Source: a virus. Taken from it: a stretch of DNA of 64,000 nt. The notes beneath the pieces are model-generated. The model did not search any database. It worked only from the letters and a program-made list of their open reading frames with translations, and had not been told where the DNA came from. The stretch's first letter is position 1; each line of letters starts with the position of its first letter. Below, one piece after another: positions 30,902 to 42,378 of the stretch. A program made the translations under genes and the position numbers. The stretch covers positions 60,556 to 124,555 of IMG/VR virus record IMGVR_UViG_3300032236_001180; one strand, written 5' to 3'.

Positions 30902-33268
30902 ATGTCTAATAGTAGGGAGATTTCGCAGTTAGCATCATTCATTACAGTTGATGATGCCACAAAAAATATTGGAATAACTAGCGGAACTACTCCCTATGTT
31001 GGTGTTGGTTCTACATCACCTAAGGCAAAACTTGATGTTTTAGGTGATGTAAAAATTTCTGGTGTAGCAACTGCTACATCTTTTAATGGAAACATATATT
31101 CAAATATTGGTTCAGTTACTACTTTAAGTGGAAATAATGCTTATTATAATTCTGGTATTGTTACTACACTTTCTGGAACAAATATTAATTATTCTGGTAT
31201 TGCCACATTAGGAAGTGTTTTAATCAAATCTGGTATTATCAGTGCAACAAGTCCATCGGGTATTGTAACTTATTATGGAGATGGAAGAAACCTAACCGGA
31301 GTAAATGCTTTTAATGTTATTAATCAAACATTAAGTTCTTCGGCAGTATATCCAACGTTCGCAAATAGTGTTGGTGTAACTTCTATTGGTATTTCCACAA
31401 CACAAGTTGTATTCATTCCAAGCACAGGAAATTTTGGAATTGGAATTAACAATCCACAAACAAAATTAGAAATTAATGGGGTACTAGGATTTACTGGTGG
31501 AAATGTAAAAATTGGTAGTCAATACACTGGTTCTTCTATTACTTTTGGATTCAATAATAACTTTTTAGGTGATAGTGCTGGATTTTGCAACACTAGTGGA
31601 TATGATAATAACTTCTTTGGTTATTCCGCAGGATACAATAATACTACTGGAACTGATAATAACTTCTTTGGTTTTTCTGGTTATTCAAATACAACTGGAA
31701 GTCATAATAACTTCTTAGGATTTAATGCGGGAAGATATAATACCACTGGAAATAATAATAACTTCTTTGGACAAAATTCAGGATACAGCAATACTACCGG
31801 AAGTGAAAATGTTTTTCTTGGAACTTCTTCTGGTAGTGGAATTCTTGATGGATCTTATAATATTTTTATCGGTTCTGGATCTGGTTCATATTCAAATTCT
31901 GATGGAAATGAAAATATCTATATTGGTCGTGATGTCCAAACAAGTGGAGGAGGGTCTCAAAATATTGTTATTGGACCAGGAAGATCACTTCCATCAGATG
32001 GAAATAATCAATTAGTCATTGGTGCAGGAAGTACAAATTGGATTTATGGTAATAGTTCTTATAATATTGGCATTGGAACTACAAATCCCACATCAAAACT
32101 TTCTGTTTATGGTGATGGTTATTTCTTCAATGGAACTATCACAAATTTCGATATTGGTGGATATTCATCTTTACAACCTAGTGCCAGTAGTATTGCTGTT
32201 TTAAATTTTAGGAGAACAAATGGAGGAAGTCCAGCACTCATAACAAGCACCAATCAATCATTAGTGATTTCTGGTAATGAGTCTGGAACTATAATTGATA
32301 TTAACTCTTACATTATTGGAGCAGTTCGTCCAAATGATACTAGATTTAGAATTGAAGGAACACAAGGAGATGTTCAAATTCTGAATACTACAAATACATC
32401 TTCTCCCACAACTGGAGCTTTACAAGTTAGTGGTGGTGTAGGTATTGCAAGTGATTTGTATGTTGGTCAAAAAAGTTATTTAATTGGCAATGTTGGTATC
32501 GGAACCACAAATCCCACATCAAAACTTACTGTTTCTGGTGATGTGTCATTTTCTGGTGTTTCTACAATTAGTGGAATAAAAATTTCTGCTGGTATTATTA
32601 CTGCTTCTGGTATTGGAACTGTTGTTTATTATGGTGATGGTTCTCACTTGATTGGTGTAAATGCTTTTAATGTTATTCAACAAAACATTTCATCATCACC
32701 AGTATATCCAACTCTTGCTTCCAATACTGGTGTAAGTTCTGTTGGTATTTCTTCTACTGGTTTGATATTTATTCCGGTCTCTAATTCGCTTGGTATTGGA
32801 ACCACAAATCCAAGTGCTAGTTTGCACGTTGTTGGAAATGCTCGTATTACTGGTGGAATTTATGATAGCACAAATGCGATTGGAAATTCTGGTTATGTTT
32901 TAACTTCCAATGGTTCAAGTATTGTTTGGCAAAGTGCTGGTGGTGTTGGTATTGTTACTAGTGCTGGGGGTATTGATAAACAGTTACAATATAATAGATC
33001 CGGTATTTTCTCCGGAACAAATCAAGTTTATTATGATTATAATACTGGTTATCTTGGAATTAGTACTTCCACTCCAAGATATAATTTAGAAGTTGTTGGT
33101 ACTGTTGGTGTTACTTCCCTAACAGTTTCCGGCAATGCTGGTATTGGAACCACAAGTCCTTCTTATAAACTTGATGTCGTGGGAGATATAAATAGTTCCA
33201 CAGCAATTAAAGTCAAAGGGGTAAATATACTTGATGAAGCACTCCGTCTTTCAATAGCATTTGGATGA
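30902..33268 (+). CDS. Tail-fibre-like protein with NNFFG beta-roll repeats
   Basis: GIGTTNP motifs and 14-aa NNFFG..AG..NTTG repeats (about 31555-31870). Confidence 0.75.
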   Translation: MSNSREISQLASFITVDDATKNIGITSGTTPYVGVGSTSPKAKLDVLGDVKISGVATATSFNGNIYSNIGSVTTLSGNNAYYNSGIVTTLSGTNINYSGIATLGSVLIKSGIISATSPSGIVTYYGDGRNLTGVNAFNVINQTLSSSAVYPTFANSVGVTSIGISTTQVVFIPSTGNFGIGINNPQTKLEINGVLGFTGGNVKIGSQYTGSSITFGFNNNFLGDSAGFCNTSGYDNNFFGYSAGYNNTTGTDNNFFGFSGYSNTTGSHNNFLGFNAGRYNTTGNNNNFFGQNSGYSNTTGSENVFLGTSSGSGILDGSYNIFIGSGSGSYSNSDGNENIYIGRDVQTSGGGSQNIVIGPGRSLPSDGNNQLVIGAGSTNWIYGNSSYNIGIGTTNPTSKLSVYGDGYFFNGTITNFDIGGYSSLQPSASSIAVLNFRRTNGGSPALITSTNQSLVISGNESGTIIDINSYIIGAVRPNDTRFRIEGTQGDVQILNTTNTSSPTTGALQVSGGVGIASDLYVGQKSYLIGNVGIGTTNPTSKLTVSGDVSFSGVSTISGIKISAGIITASGIGTVVYYGDGSHLIGVNAFNVIQQNISSSPVYPTLASNTGVSSVGISSTGLIFIPVSNSLGIGTTNPSASLHVVGNARITGGIYDSTNAIGNSGYVLTSNGSSIVWQSAGGVGIVTSAGGIDKQLQYNRSGIFSGTNQVYYDYNTGYLGISTSTPRYNLEVVGTVGVTSLTVSGNAGIGTTSPSYKLDVVGDINSSTAIKVKGVNILDEALRLSIAFG

Positions 33269-33273
33269 TATAA

Positions 33274-33600
33274 ATGGCAAATACATTCCGCTTAAAGACT
33301 AAAAATAATATTGGTGTTAGTACCGTAGGAATTTATACTGTTCCTTCATCCACTACAACTACAATCATTGGACTTACTCTTGCAAATACTTCTGGTGGTG
33401 GTATTAATGTAGGAGTGGGAATTACAAGAAGTGGTGCAGATAATGTAAGTATTATCAAAAATGTTCCAATTCCCCAAGGTTCTACATTGGAAGTAATGCA
33501 GGGAAATAAGATTATAATGGAAACAACTGATACTTTAACAATAGTTAGTGATACAAATAATAGTTTAGACGCATCAGCAAGTATTTTAGAGATGACCTGA
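33274..33600 (+). CDS. Small virion structural protein
   Basis: MANTFR..IYTVPSSTTTTIIGLTLAN..IPQGSTL..GNKII..ASILE. Same broad family as 22546-22887. Confidence 0.7.
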   Translation: MANTFRLKTKNNIGVSTVGIYTVPSSTTTTIIGLTLANTSGGGINVGVGITRSGADNVSIIKNVPIPQGSTLEVMQGNKIIMETTDTLTIVSDTNNSLDASASILEMT

Positions 33601-33601
33601 T

Positions 33602-36184
33602 ATGGCACTTACTAAGGTTACCGGTAATGAGATTGACAGTACAGCAGCAATTTCAGCACAATCTTTTATTGTATCTGGTGTAAGTACTGTTGGTTCTTTA
33701 AGTATTGGAAATACAAGTGTTATTAATAGTGCATTTCAGTTGCAGAACATTGCTTCATTAGATGCTACAACGACAGCAACTATTGAAAGTGCCATATCAA
33801 ATGCACCGAATACTTTTAGTGATTTGAGTGTTTCTGGTATTACTACATTAGGTGTTACAAGTGCTACCAACTTAACAATACAACAATTAAATGCTAGTGG
33901 TGTTGGAACTATTGTTACCGGCAACATAACAACTTTAAGTGGAAATAACACTTATTATAATGTTGGTGTTATAACTTCTTTAACAGGAACCAATTTAAAC
34001 TATTCTGGTGTTTCTACATTTACCAATGGTCCAGTATTGATTGGTGGTGGAACTTCTACTGGAACCGCATCACAACCACTACAAGTCACTGGTGGTGCTT
34101 ATGTTTCTGGAAACCTTGGAGTTGGTATTACGAGTCCAACTCAACAATTGCAAGTAGTTGGAAATGAAGTATTTCCTTCTAAGATTAATGCCGTTGGAAC
34201 TGTGTATAAATCTGGTAGTTTTCTTAACGCTTTTACAACTGCTGGAAGTAATGATTTAGGGTTTTCTGGATTTATAGCATCACAATCACTACAAACAAAT
34301 CGTCTTTATATGGGAGTACATTCTCCTAGCGGCGTCAATCAATCATTTATCGGTACACCTGATAGTAATCCACTTACTTTTTGGACAGCAGCAACAGAAA
34401 GAGTAAGAATAGATAGTAGCGGAAATCTTGGAATTGGTATCGCCCCAAGTTATAAACTTCACGTATCTGGAAATGCATCTTTTAATGGTAGTCAATCTTC
34501 TCCTGCATACATCTATGCAAATGGTGGTGGAGATGATTCTTCATTATTCATAAAAGGAGGTAGTACTGCTGGTGTATGGAGTCAAATTGAAGTTACTGGA
34601 AACTGGAATGGAAGTTCCCAAACTGGTGGTAAAGTAGCATTTTATACTGCCGGAACAGAAAGAGTAAGAATTGATAGTTCTGGACGTGTGGGTATAGGAA
34701 CTATTGCCCCCAATCAATCCCTTGATGTTCGTGGAAATATTCAAGTTGGTCAAACCGGAGAAAACTTCTTAAATATTAGATCATCGCCTGGTAATGCTCA
34801 ATATTTATTTTTGACGGAATCTGGTGTGGCAGACAGGTGGCTTATTGGAAGTGCTGGCGGTAATGGTGATCTTGTTTTCCGTTCTGGTGCTTATAATTTT
34901 TCCACTGGAACTGAGAGAATGAGAATTGATAGTTCTGGAAATCTTGGAATTGGGGTGACGCCGAGTGCTTGGAAATCCGGTGCACGCGCAATTCAGTTTG
35001 GACCAGGGGCGGCAGATGGTGTATTGCAGGCTTGGGGTGGTGAAACATATTTGGCAACAAATGCGTACTATGGTGCGTCTAATCAATGGATATATCAAAC
35101 CAGTGGATCATCCGCTATTTCTTATCAGCAAACAGCAGGGGCGCACCGTTGGTATATAGCCCCTTTCGGCACCGCAGGTGCTGCTGTAACTTTTACGCAG
35201 GCGATGACGTTGGATGCTAGTGGTTTTCTTGGACTTGGGATTACTCCTTCCGCACGAATGGACATAAAAATGTCTGGATCATCCAGAACCGATGGATTAA
35301 TTATTCGTCGCAGTAGTGATAATAACCACCAACTGGGATTATGGACAACCTCTGGTGAATTTTATTTTGATGCTGTTACTGGTAATCCCGTAGCTGCTGG
35401 TCAAATTGTATTCAGAAGATCTCTTGATTCTGGATCTTCTTTTAGTGAATCGATGCGAATTGATAGTAGTGGAAATATAAAATCTAGTTGGTTAGATGGT
35501 GGTTTCTTAGGTTCTTATTATAGTTCTACTTATTATCAAGGATTTACTTTTGGGGCAACTGCAAGAACATTATATATTGACAACTGTGCAAATGATACAA
35601 GAGCAGATATTGTTTTTAGAAATGGTGCGGCAGGTACTGTAACTGAAAAGATGAGAATTGATTATAATGGAAATATTGGAATTGGAGTTGCCCCATCAAC
35701 AACCACAGCAAATGCCGCAAGATTGAATGTTGTGTCTTCTAATAATTCTGCCGCCGTGATCGAACAAGTCGGAGGATATTATTTTGCAATGCGAGGTAAG
35801 ATAGTTCAATCATTTAGTAATGCTACTGCAACACCACTATTTACTGCTAGTGGTATTTCCGGTAATTGTGGAATGATGGTGGAAGTTGTTTGTAGAGGAG
35901 TTAGTGCAGTTTCTGCTTCAATGTGGAAAGATACATTTACTGCTTGGAGACTTCAAGTTAGTGGAACTTACAGCAATTCTGGCGTAAGTATAGCAACTCA
36001 ACTTAATGCCGCAGGTACTCATACATCAGGAACATTAAGTTGGACAAATGTAAGCACTAGCACACCTACTTTAAATTATACACAAGGAAATAATGGTTAT
36101 ATTTTGGAGTCAATAGATGTATATGTGACTGCTAGGGATGGTGCAGCTATTACATTCAATACTTCTTTCCAATCGTTTGGATAA
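33602..36184 (+). CDS. Mosaic tail-fibre protein
   Basis: Repeated ER(V/M)RIDSSGN(L/I)GIG junction motifs separating distinct modules. Confidence 0.8.
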   Translation: MALTKVTGNEIDSTAAISAQSFIVSGVSTVGSLSIGNTSVINSAFQLQNIASLDATTTATIESAISNAPNTFSDLSVSGITTLGVTSATNLTIQQLNASGVGTIVTGNITTLSGNNTYYNVGVITSLTGTNLNYSGVSTFTNGPVLIGGGTSTGTASQPLQVTGGAYVSGNLGVGITSPTQQLQVVGNEVFPSKINAVGTVYKSGSFLNAFTTAGSNDLGFSGFIASQSLQTNRLYMGVHSPSGVNQSFIGTPDSNPLTFWTAATERVRIDSSGNLGIGIAPSYKLHVSGNASFNGSQSSPAYIYANGGGDDSSLFIKGGSTAGVWSQIEVTGNWNGSSQTGGKVAFYTAGTERVRIDSSGRVGIGTIAPNQSLDVRGNIQVGQTGENFLNIRSSPGNAQYLFLTESGVADRWLIGSAGGNGDLVFRSGAYNFSTGTERMRIDSSGNLGIGVTPSAWKSGARAIQFGPGAADGVLQAWGGETYLATNAYYGASNQWIYQTSGSSAISYQQTAGAHRWYIAPFGTAGAAVTFTQAMTLDASGFLGLGITPSARMDIKMSGSSRTDGLIIRRSSDNNHQLGLWTTSGEFYFDAVTGNPVAAGQIVFRRSLDSGSSFSESMRIDSSGNIKSSWLDGGFLGSYYSSTYYQGFTFGATARTLYIDNCANDTRADIVFRNGAAGTVTEKMRIDYNGNIGIGVAPSTTTANAARLNVVSSNNSAAVIEQVGGYYFAMRGKIVQSFSNATATPLFTASGISGNCGMMVEVVCRGVSAVSASMWKDTFTAWRLQVSGTYSNSGVSIATQLNAAGTHTSGTLSWTNVSTSTPTLNYTQGNNGYILESIDVYVTARDGAAITFNTSFQSFG

Positions 36185-36209
36185 TGGAATAAATAAATAA
36201 AAAACTATA

Positions 36210-39203
36210 ATGTCATATTTGGGAAATTATCCGGTAACCGGAGATAACAGTTTTAGAATATTAGACTCAATCTCATCATACACACAAACATTTGATGGGT
36301 CATCTTCTTCTGTTGTTTCCACTACAAACTCCACTCTTACCTTTACCGGACATCGTTTCATTACGGGTCAAAGAGTAACTTATTCAACCACAGGAACTAC
36401 AATTGGTGGTTTAAGTTCTGGTTCTGTTTATTATATTATCAAGACAGATCAAAATACATTAAAGTTAGCAAGTTCATATGCAAATGCTCTTGCAAATACA
36501 TCAATCACTCTCACATCACTTGGTACAGGTTCCACACACACTTTAAATGTTGCCTTTGATGGAATCAATACAAAGTTCAAGGCAACTTATAATAATGGAA
36601 CCAAAGGTCTTATCACCCGTGCGGCACAACTTCAACTTTCAATCAATGGTGTTATACAGCAACCACAAGACACCACAACACCGGTAAATGGTTTTGGTAT
36701 AGAAGCAGACAGCACCATTATCTTCTCCACTCCTCCGGCGGTTACAGATGTCTTCTGGGGAAGTTTAGTCGCAACTAACTTCGCAACCTTTGATATTAGT
36801 GATAATACTGTTGATAGTTTTACTGGTACTGGTTCTCAAACAAACTTTTCATTATCCAAGACACCAGCAAACAATCAAAATGTATTAGTTACAATCAATG
36901 GTGTTGTTCAGTATCCAAGTGATGCAACAACTACTCGTGCTTATAGTATTACTGGCAATGTTTTGATTTTTGTTTCGGCACCAGGAAATGGAAGTTTAAT
37001 ACAAGCAAGACATATTGGTTTTGCAGGTGCTACAAGTAGTAGTGTAACTGGATTTTATGGAAGAACTGGTAATGTTGGATTAACAACTGCTGATACTGTA
37101 AGTATTGGAAGTGCTTATATTTCCGGCAATATTGGTATTGGAACTACAAATCCTACCACAAAACTTACTATCAGTGGAACCACCGGAATCAGTTTTGCCG
37201 ATACTAATATTAGACTTGGCGATGCAACTACTGGTTCTTCTATTACTTCTGCAACTCATAACTTCTTTGGTGGTGTTGGTGCAGGTAAATCTACTACCAC
37301 TGGATGTCATAATAATTTCCTGGGTTATTTTTCAGGATTAAAAAATACCACTGGAAATTATAATAATTTCTTTGGTAAGTGTTCTGGATACTGCAATACT
37401 ACCGGAGGTTATAATAACTTCTTTGGTTATCAAGCAGGATACTCAAATGTCAATGGAAATTATAATAATTTCTTTGGGCAAAATGCAGGAGTATCTAATA
37501 CTAGCGGAAGTTATAATAACTTTTTTGGTAAGTATGCGGGAAGATTAAACACTACTGGATATTATAATAACTTTTTCGGCAAATGTGCAGGAGTTGGAAA
37601 TACTTCTGGAAACGGAAATAACTTTTTTGGACATTATGTGGGAAAATCAAATACCAGTGGAAATTATAACACATTCTTTGGTTTTTTATCAGGATGTAGA
37701 AACACCACCGGATCTTTTAATAATTTCTTTGGTATCCAAGCCGGATGCAACAATATAACTGGTTCCCAAAACGTAGTCATTGGTTATAATCAACAAACTC
37801 CTATTACTTCTGGTGATAACCAACTAGTCATTGGTTCTGGTAATACTTCTTGGATTGTTGGCAATAGTTCTTATAATGTAGGATTTGGAACTACAAATCC
37901 AACTACAAAAATCAGCATTGCAGGAACCACTGGAATCAGTTTTGCTGATAATAATATAAGAATCGGTGATGTATCTACTGGTTCTTCTATTACTACTGGA
38001 ACCAATAATTTCTTTGCCGGTGCTGGTGCTGGTAAATCTACTACTACTGGGCAGAATAATAACTTCTTTGGTTCTTGTGCAGGATGTAGCAATACCTCCG
38101 GAACTTCTAATAACTTCTTTGGTCAATTAGCAGGAAGATGTAACACTACTGGAAATTCTAATAACTTCTTTGGTCAAAGTGCGGGAAGATATAATATCTC
38201 CGGAGGTTTTAATAACTTCTTTGGTGTCAATGCAGGATGCTCAAACACCACTGGATGTTACAATAACTTCTTTGGTCGTCAAGCAGGATACTTCAACGCC
38301 ACTGGATCTCATAATAACTTCTTTGGAGTTTCGGCAGGAGGTGGAACATTAAATGCAAGTGGATGTCACAATAACTTCTTAGGTAATCTAGCGGGTAGAT
38401 TCAATAGCACTGGAAGTTATAATAACTTTTTTGGTAGATATGCAGGATATTGCAATAGTACTGGAAATAATAATATTGCAATTGGTCAATCAGCAGGATG
38501 CTGTAACACCACTGGATCTTATAATAATTTCTTTGGTAGAAATGCTGGTTGCACTAATGTAACTGGATCTCAAAACGTTGTTATTGGTTACAATCAACAA
38601 ACTCCAATAACTTCTGGTGATAACCAACTAGTGATTGGTGCTGGTAGCACTGCTTGGATTTATGGTAATAGTTCTTATAATATTGGTATAGGAACCACAA
38701 ATCCACTTCAAAAATTACACATTGTTGGTAATACTTTGATTTCTGGTATTACAACAATCACTGGAAACCTGAATGCTGCTGGAAATTCTTATGTAAAACT
38801 TGCAAGACTTACAGATCAAACTATAACTACTGGTACTGATACTTTAATTGGATTTTCCGTAATTAGTGATTCAAATAACTGGTATAGTGGAATTACGACT
38901 CGTACTACACCAACTGTTGCAGGAACTTATAATGTAACTGTAATGATGAACTGGTATGCAGGATCTACTACAAATGTCAATCAAACAAATATTCAATTGA
39001 GAAAAAATGGAAATACATTTGCATTAAGTCAGGTTGGTATACAGACTTATGCATATAGCATGAATGCCTGTGGAATCGTGACAATGAACGGAACAACAGA
39101 TTATATTGATTTTACCGTTTATACATCAAATTCACCCAATCAACTTGTTAAAGGAACTTCTGATGGTGCCTGGACAAAGATGGAAATATTTAAAATTAAC
39201 TAA
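36210..39203 (+). CDS. Tail-fibre-like protein with two NNFFG repeat arrays
   Basis: MSYLGNYP start and INGVIQQP/INGVVQYP modules. 42-nt repeats at about 37258-37740 and 38003-38545. Confidence 0.78.
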   Translation: MSYLGNYPVTGDNSFRILDSISSYTQTFDGSSSSVVSTTNSTLTFTGHRFITGQRVTYSTTGTTIGGLSSGSVYYIIKTDQNTLKLASSYANALANTSITLTSLGTGSTHTLNVAFDGINTKFKATYNNGTKGLITRAAQLQLSINGVIQQPQDTTTPVNGFGIEADSTIIFSTPPAVTDVFWGSLVATNFATFDISDNTVDSFTGTGSQTNFSLSKTPANNQNVLVTINGVVQYPSDATTTRAYSITGNVLIFVSAPGNGSLIQARHIGFAGATSSSVTGFYGRTGNVGLTTADTVSIGSAYISGNIGIGTTNPTTKLTISGTTGISFADTNIRLGDATTGSSITSATHNFFGGVGAGKSTTTGCHNNFLGYFSGLKNTTGNYNNFFGKCSGYCNTTGGYNNFFGYQAGYSNVNGNYNNFFGQNAGVSNTSGSYNNFFGKYAGRLNTTGYYNNFFGKCAGVGNTSGNGNNFFGHYVGKSNTSGNYNTFFGFLSGCRNTTGSFNNFFGIQAGCNNITGSQNVVIGYNQQTPITSGDNQLVIGSGNTSWIVGNSSYNVGFGTTNPTTKISIAGTTGISFADNNIRIGDVSTGSSITTGTNNFFAGAGAGKSTTTGQNNNFFGSCAGCSNTSGTSNNFFGQLAGRCNTTGNSNNFFGQSAGRYNISGGFNNFFGVNAGCSNTTGCYNNFFGRQAGYFNATGSHNNFFGVSAGGGTLNASGCHNNFLGNLAGRFNSTGSYNNFFGRYAGYCNSTGNNNIAIGQSAGCCNTTGSYNNFFGRNAGCTNVTGSQNVVIGYNQQTPITSGDNQLVIGAGSTAWIYGNSSYNIGIGTTNPLQKLHIVGNTLISGITTITGNLNAAGNSYVKLARLTDQTITTGTDTLIGFSVISDSNNWYSGITTRTTPTVAGTYNVTVMMNWYAGSTTNVNQTNIQLRKNGNTFALSQVGIQTYAYSMNACGIVTMNGTTDYIDFTVYTSNSPNQLVKGTSDGAWTKMEIFKIN

Positions 39204-39248
39204 ATGAATCATTATTTTAAATTGAGAATAAATAACTAAAAAACTGCT

Positions 39249-41108
39249 ATGTATCTTGGAAGAGCACTGACTGCCGGAAATTATCAGAAGTTAGATGATA
39301 TTTCTGCGTCATTTAATAATACAGCAAAAACTTTCAATCTTACATTAGGCGGACAACCTTTTTATCCTGGTTCTGTTTTTTCTATTTTAGTTTCTGTTGC
39401 AAATGTTATTCAAAATCCAGGTACAGCATATACAATAGACCAAGCAACGATTACCTTTGCTTCTGCACCTACCACTGGAAGTTCATTTTTCTGTATCGTA
39501 TTAGGAACTTCTTTGGGTGTTGGAGTTCCTGCGGATGGAACAATCACTGGCGTAAAACTTTCGCCTTCTTTTAGTTATAATTCCGGATTATTATATCTTG
39601 ATAGTATTAATAATCGTGTAGGTATTGGAAGCACAATTCCCACTTTTACATTAGATGTTTCCGGAAATAGTAGAGTATCAGGAACAACAAATGTTAATAG
39701 TTTAAGTGTAACTGGAATTGCAACTTTAAGTGGAACTACAATCTTCAATCCAGGTCCAGTATTAGTAGGAACTGCAACTTCCACAGGAACTGCAAAATTA
39801 CAAGTTTCTGGAAATGCTTATGTTTCTTCTAGTTTGGGTATTGGCACTGCAAGTCCAAGTGGTTCATTAGATGTAAGCGGTGGCACAATTAGAGTTCGCA
39901 ATAATGGAACTTATTCAGAACCAAATGATAATGCTGGTGTTCTTGCTTATGATAGCACTTTATCAGAATTTACAGTATCATCTCGTTCTTCAAGTGCAAG
40001 TACTTATTTAAGATTTTTAACTAGTATTTCTGGTACAAGTAATGAAAGACTTCGTATCAATACTTCTGGAAATATATTAATCAATACTACATCAGATACA
40101 GGAACTTCATCACAACCACTTCAAGTATCTGGTGGTGCTTATGTTTCTGGCAACTTTGGCGTAGGTAGGGCAAATCCAACTTATAAGATTGATGCTTATG
40201 GTGGTAGTGGTTTAAGAGTTGGTGGTGTATCCGGTGATGGATATCTTCTTGCTTATGATAGTTCTACTGGTAGTAATGTTGCATTAGAAGCAACTGATTT
40301 TGCAAATAGTGTAAAAAGAAATCTTACATTACAACCAAACGGTGGAAATGTTTTAATTGGTAGTGCCACAAGCACTGGAACAGTATCACAACCACTTCAA
40401 GTATCTGGTGGTGCTTATGTTTCTGGTAATGTTGGTATTGGAACTGCAACTCCATCTCAAAATTTACAAGTTCAAGGTAATGCAAGAATTACTGGTGGAC
40501 TTTATGATAGTAATAATAATGTAGGAACTGCTGGTTCTGTTCTTTCTTCTACTGGTTCTGGTCTTTCTTGGATTGCTCCTCCTTCTAGTGGAATTTCTAG
40601 TATTTCTATTTCTACTAATACTGCCAACCAATCACAATATCTAACTTATGTAACTGGAACTGGAAATACAACTGGACTTGGTGTAACCACTAGTCTTGTA
40701 TTTAATCCTTCAACTGGTAATCTTGGTATTGGAACTACAAGTCCCACACAAAAATTACAAGTTCAAGGTAATATATCAATTAACGGAACAGTATCCTATG
40801 GTTCCACTAGTGCAACAACTGCAACAGTATCTCAAACTGGTATTCATTCTGGACTTTCTACATCCACATATCGTTCAGTGGAATATATGATTCAGGCGAC
40901 ACAAGGAACTAATTATCATGCAACTAAAATACTTTCGATTCATAACGGAACTACCGCATACAACTCAGAATATGGTACAATATATAATAACACAACAGTC
41001 GGTGTATTTGATGTAGATGTATCTGGTGGAAATATGAGACTACTTGTAACTCCATCAAGTGCTTCAACAACAAATTATAACATCAATTTTGTCGCAACAG
41101 TCATTTAA
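39249..41108 (+). CDS. Tail-fibre-like protein
   Basis: MYLGR..LDDISASFN start, SQPLQVSGGAYVSGN repeats, C-terminal YRSVEYMIQ..HNGT..EYG domain. Confidence 0.75.
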   Translation: MYLGRALTAGNYQKLDDISASFNNTAKTFNLTLGGQPFYPGSVFSILVSVANVIQNPGTAYTIDQATITFASAPTTGSSFFCIVLGTSLGVGVPADGTITGVKLSPSFSYNSGLLYLDSINNRVGIGSTIPTFTLDVSGNSRVSGTTNVNSLSVTGIATLSGTTIFNPGPVLVGTATSTGTAKLQVSGNAYVSSSLGIGTASPSGSLDVSGGTIRVRNNGTYSEPNDNAGVLAYDSTLSEFTVSSRSSSASTYLRFLTSISGTSNERLRINTSGNILINTTSDTGTSSQPLQVSGGAYVSGNFGVGRANPTYKIDAYGGSGLRVGGVSGDGYLLAYDSSTGSNVALEATDFANSVKRNLTLQPNGGNVLIGSATSTGTVSQPLQVSGGAYVSGNVGIGTATPSQNLQVQGNARITGGLYDSNNNVGTAGSVLSSTGSGLSWIAPPSSGISSISISTNTANQSQYLTYVTGTGNTTGLGVTTSLVFNPSTGNLGIGTTSPTQKLQVQGNISINGTVSYGSTSATTATVSQTGIHSGLSTSTYRSVEYMIQATQGTNYHATKILSIHNGTTAYNSEYGTIYNNTTVGVFDVDVSGGNMRLLVTPSSASTTNYNINFVATVI

Positions 41109-41122
41109 TTTATGAGGACTAT

Positions 41123-42040
41123 ATGATTCAAGGTGGTTTCTTTTCACAAACAAATACAAGTAAAAACTTTTATTTTATGGCGGGTCTTCCAAGAGCAGGA
41201 AGTACTTTGCTGTCTTCAATTTTAAATCAAAATCCAAGATTTTATTCTGGTCCATCAAGTCCAGTTCTTTCTACAATGTATGCCGTAGAAAATCATCTTC
41301 AAAATGATGAACTGTATCACGGATATCCAAAACCAGAACAAGCATCTTTGATTATTTCAAATATCATTCGTCAATTTTATAGTGATGTTGATAAAGAAGT
41401 GATTATTGATAAGAATCGTGCCTGGACTGCACGAGTTCCTTATATTGAAGGATATATTGGACAGAAAGCAAAGATCATTGTTCCCGTTCGGGATATTGAT
41501 GAAATTCTAACTTCAATGATTATGATGATTCGTAGAAATCCGTATAAAGAAGGAAATCCTAGAATTAATTTTATTGATGAGCAACTTGTTAAATTAAATA
41601 TTCCAATCAATGATGATAATCGTTGTGAGTATATTGCAGGACCTGATGGAATTTTAGGACAATCATTGAATGCAATTATGGAGGGATTTAATCAAGAATT
41701 TGGTGACAGAATGCATTTTGTAGAATATCAAGATATTATTAGGAAACCAAAAGAGACAATTCAAAAATTGTATGAGTTTCTTGGTGAAGAATATTATGAG
41801 CACAATTTTGATAATTTACAAAATCAAAATCGTGAACAAGATATGAATACTTATGGACTTGCAGATATGCACGAAGTTCGCAAAGAACTTAAAAATACTG
41901 CACCAAAACCAATTGATATTCTTTCTTCTTATGTTTTAGAAAAATGCAATGGAATGGATTTTTGGAGAACCAAACCATACGTTCAAGAGATTCCTAAATA
42001 CATCAGGACAACAAAAAATCAAATTCAAATCGTAAAATAA
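41123..42040 (+). CDS. PAPS-dependent sulfotransferase family protein
   Basis: 5'-PSB loop GLPRAGSTLL, IIDKNR, 3'-PB VRDIDEILTS and YQDIIRKP..LYEFLG. Confidence 0.85.
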   Translation: MIQGGFFSQTNTSKNFYFMAGLPRAGSTLLSSILNQNPRFYSGPSSPVLSTMYAVENHLQNDELYHGYPKPEQASLIISNIIRQFYSDVDKEVIIDKNRAWTARVPYIEGYIGQKAKIIVPVRDIDEILTSMIMMIRRNPYKEGNPRINFIDEQLVKLNIPINDDNRCEYIAGPDGILGQSLNAIMEGFNQEFGDRMHFVEYQDIIRKPKETIQKLYEFLGEEYYEHNFDNLQNQNREQDMNTYGLADMHEVRKELKNTAPKPIDILSSYVLEKCNGMDFWRTKPYVQEIPKYIRTTKNQIQIVK

Positions 42041-42041
42041 A

Positions 42042-42362
42042 ATGGCAATCACACATACTTGGTCAATTCGTGAAATGGAACAATTGAATGATGGATCTGG
42101 AACTGTCATTCGTGTTGGTTATAATGTAAATAGCACTGATGGAACTGTTTCCACACAATCTGGTGCCGGAGTAGAACTACAAACCGAAAATATTGAGAAC
42201 TTTATTGCATATGAAGATTTAACAGAAGAACTGGTTCTTGGTTGGGTAAAAGAAAAACTAGGACCAAATTTTGGAAATCACGAAATCAATAATGCTGCTT
42301 GGATTGATTCTGTTGTAAATCCACCAGCACCTAGAACAATTAGAACTGAACTTCCTTGGTAA
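42042..42362 (+). CDS. Small acidic fibre-associated protein (paralog of 47957-48325)
   Basis: THTWSI..FIAYEDLTEELVLGWV..LPW. Confidence 0.7.
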   Translation: MAITHTWSIREMEQLNDGSGTVIRVGYNVNSTDGTVSTQSGAGVELQTENIENFIAYEDLTEELVLGWVKEKLGPNFGNHEINNAAWIDSVVNPPAPRTIRTELPW

Positions 42363-42378
42363 TCATTGAGATTTTATA

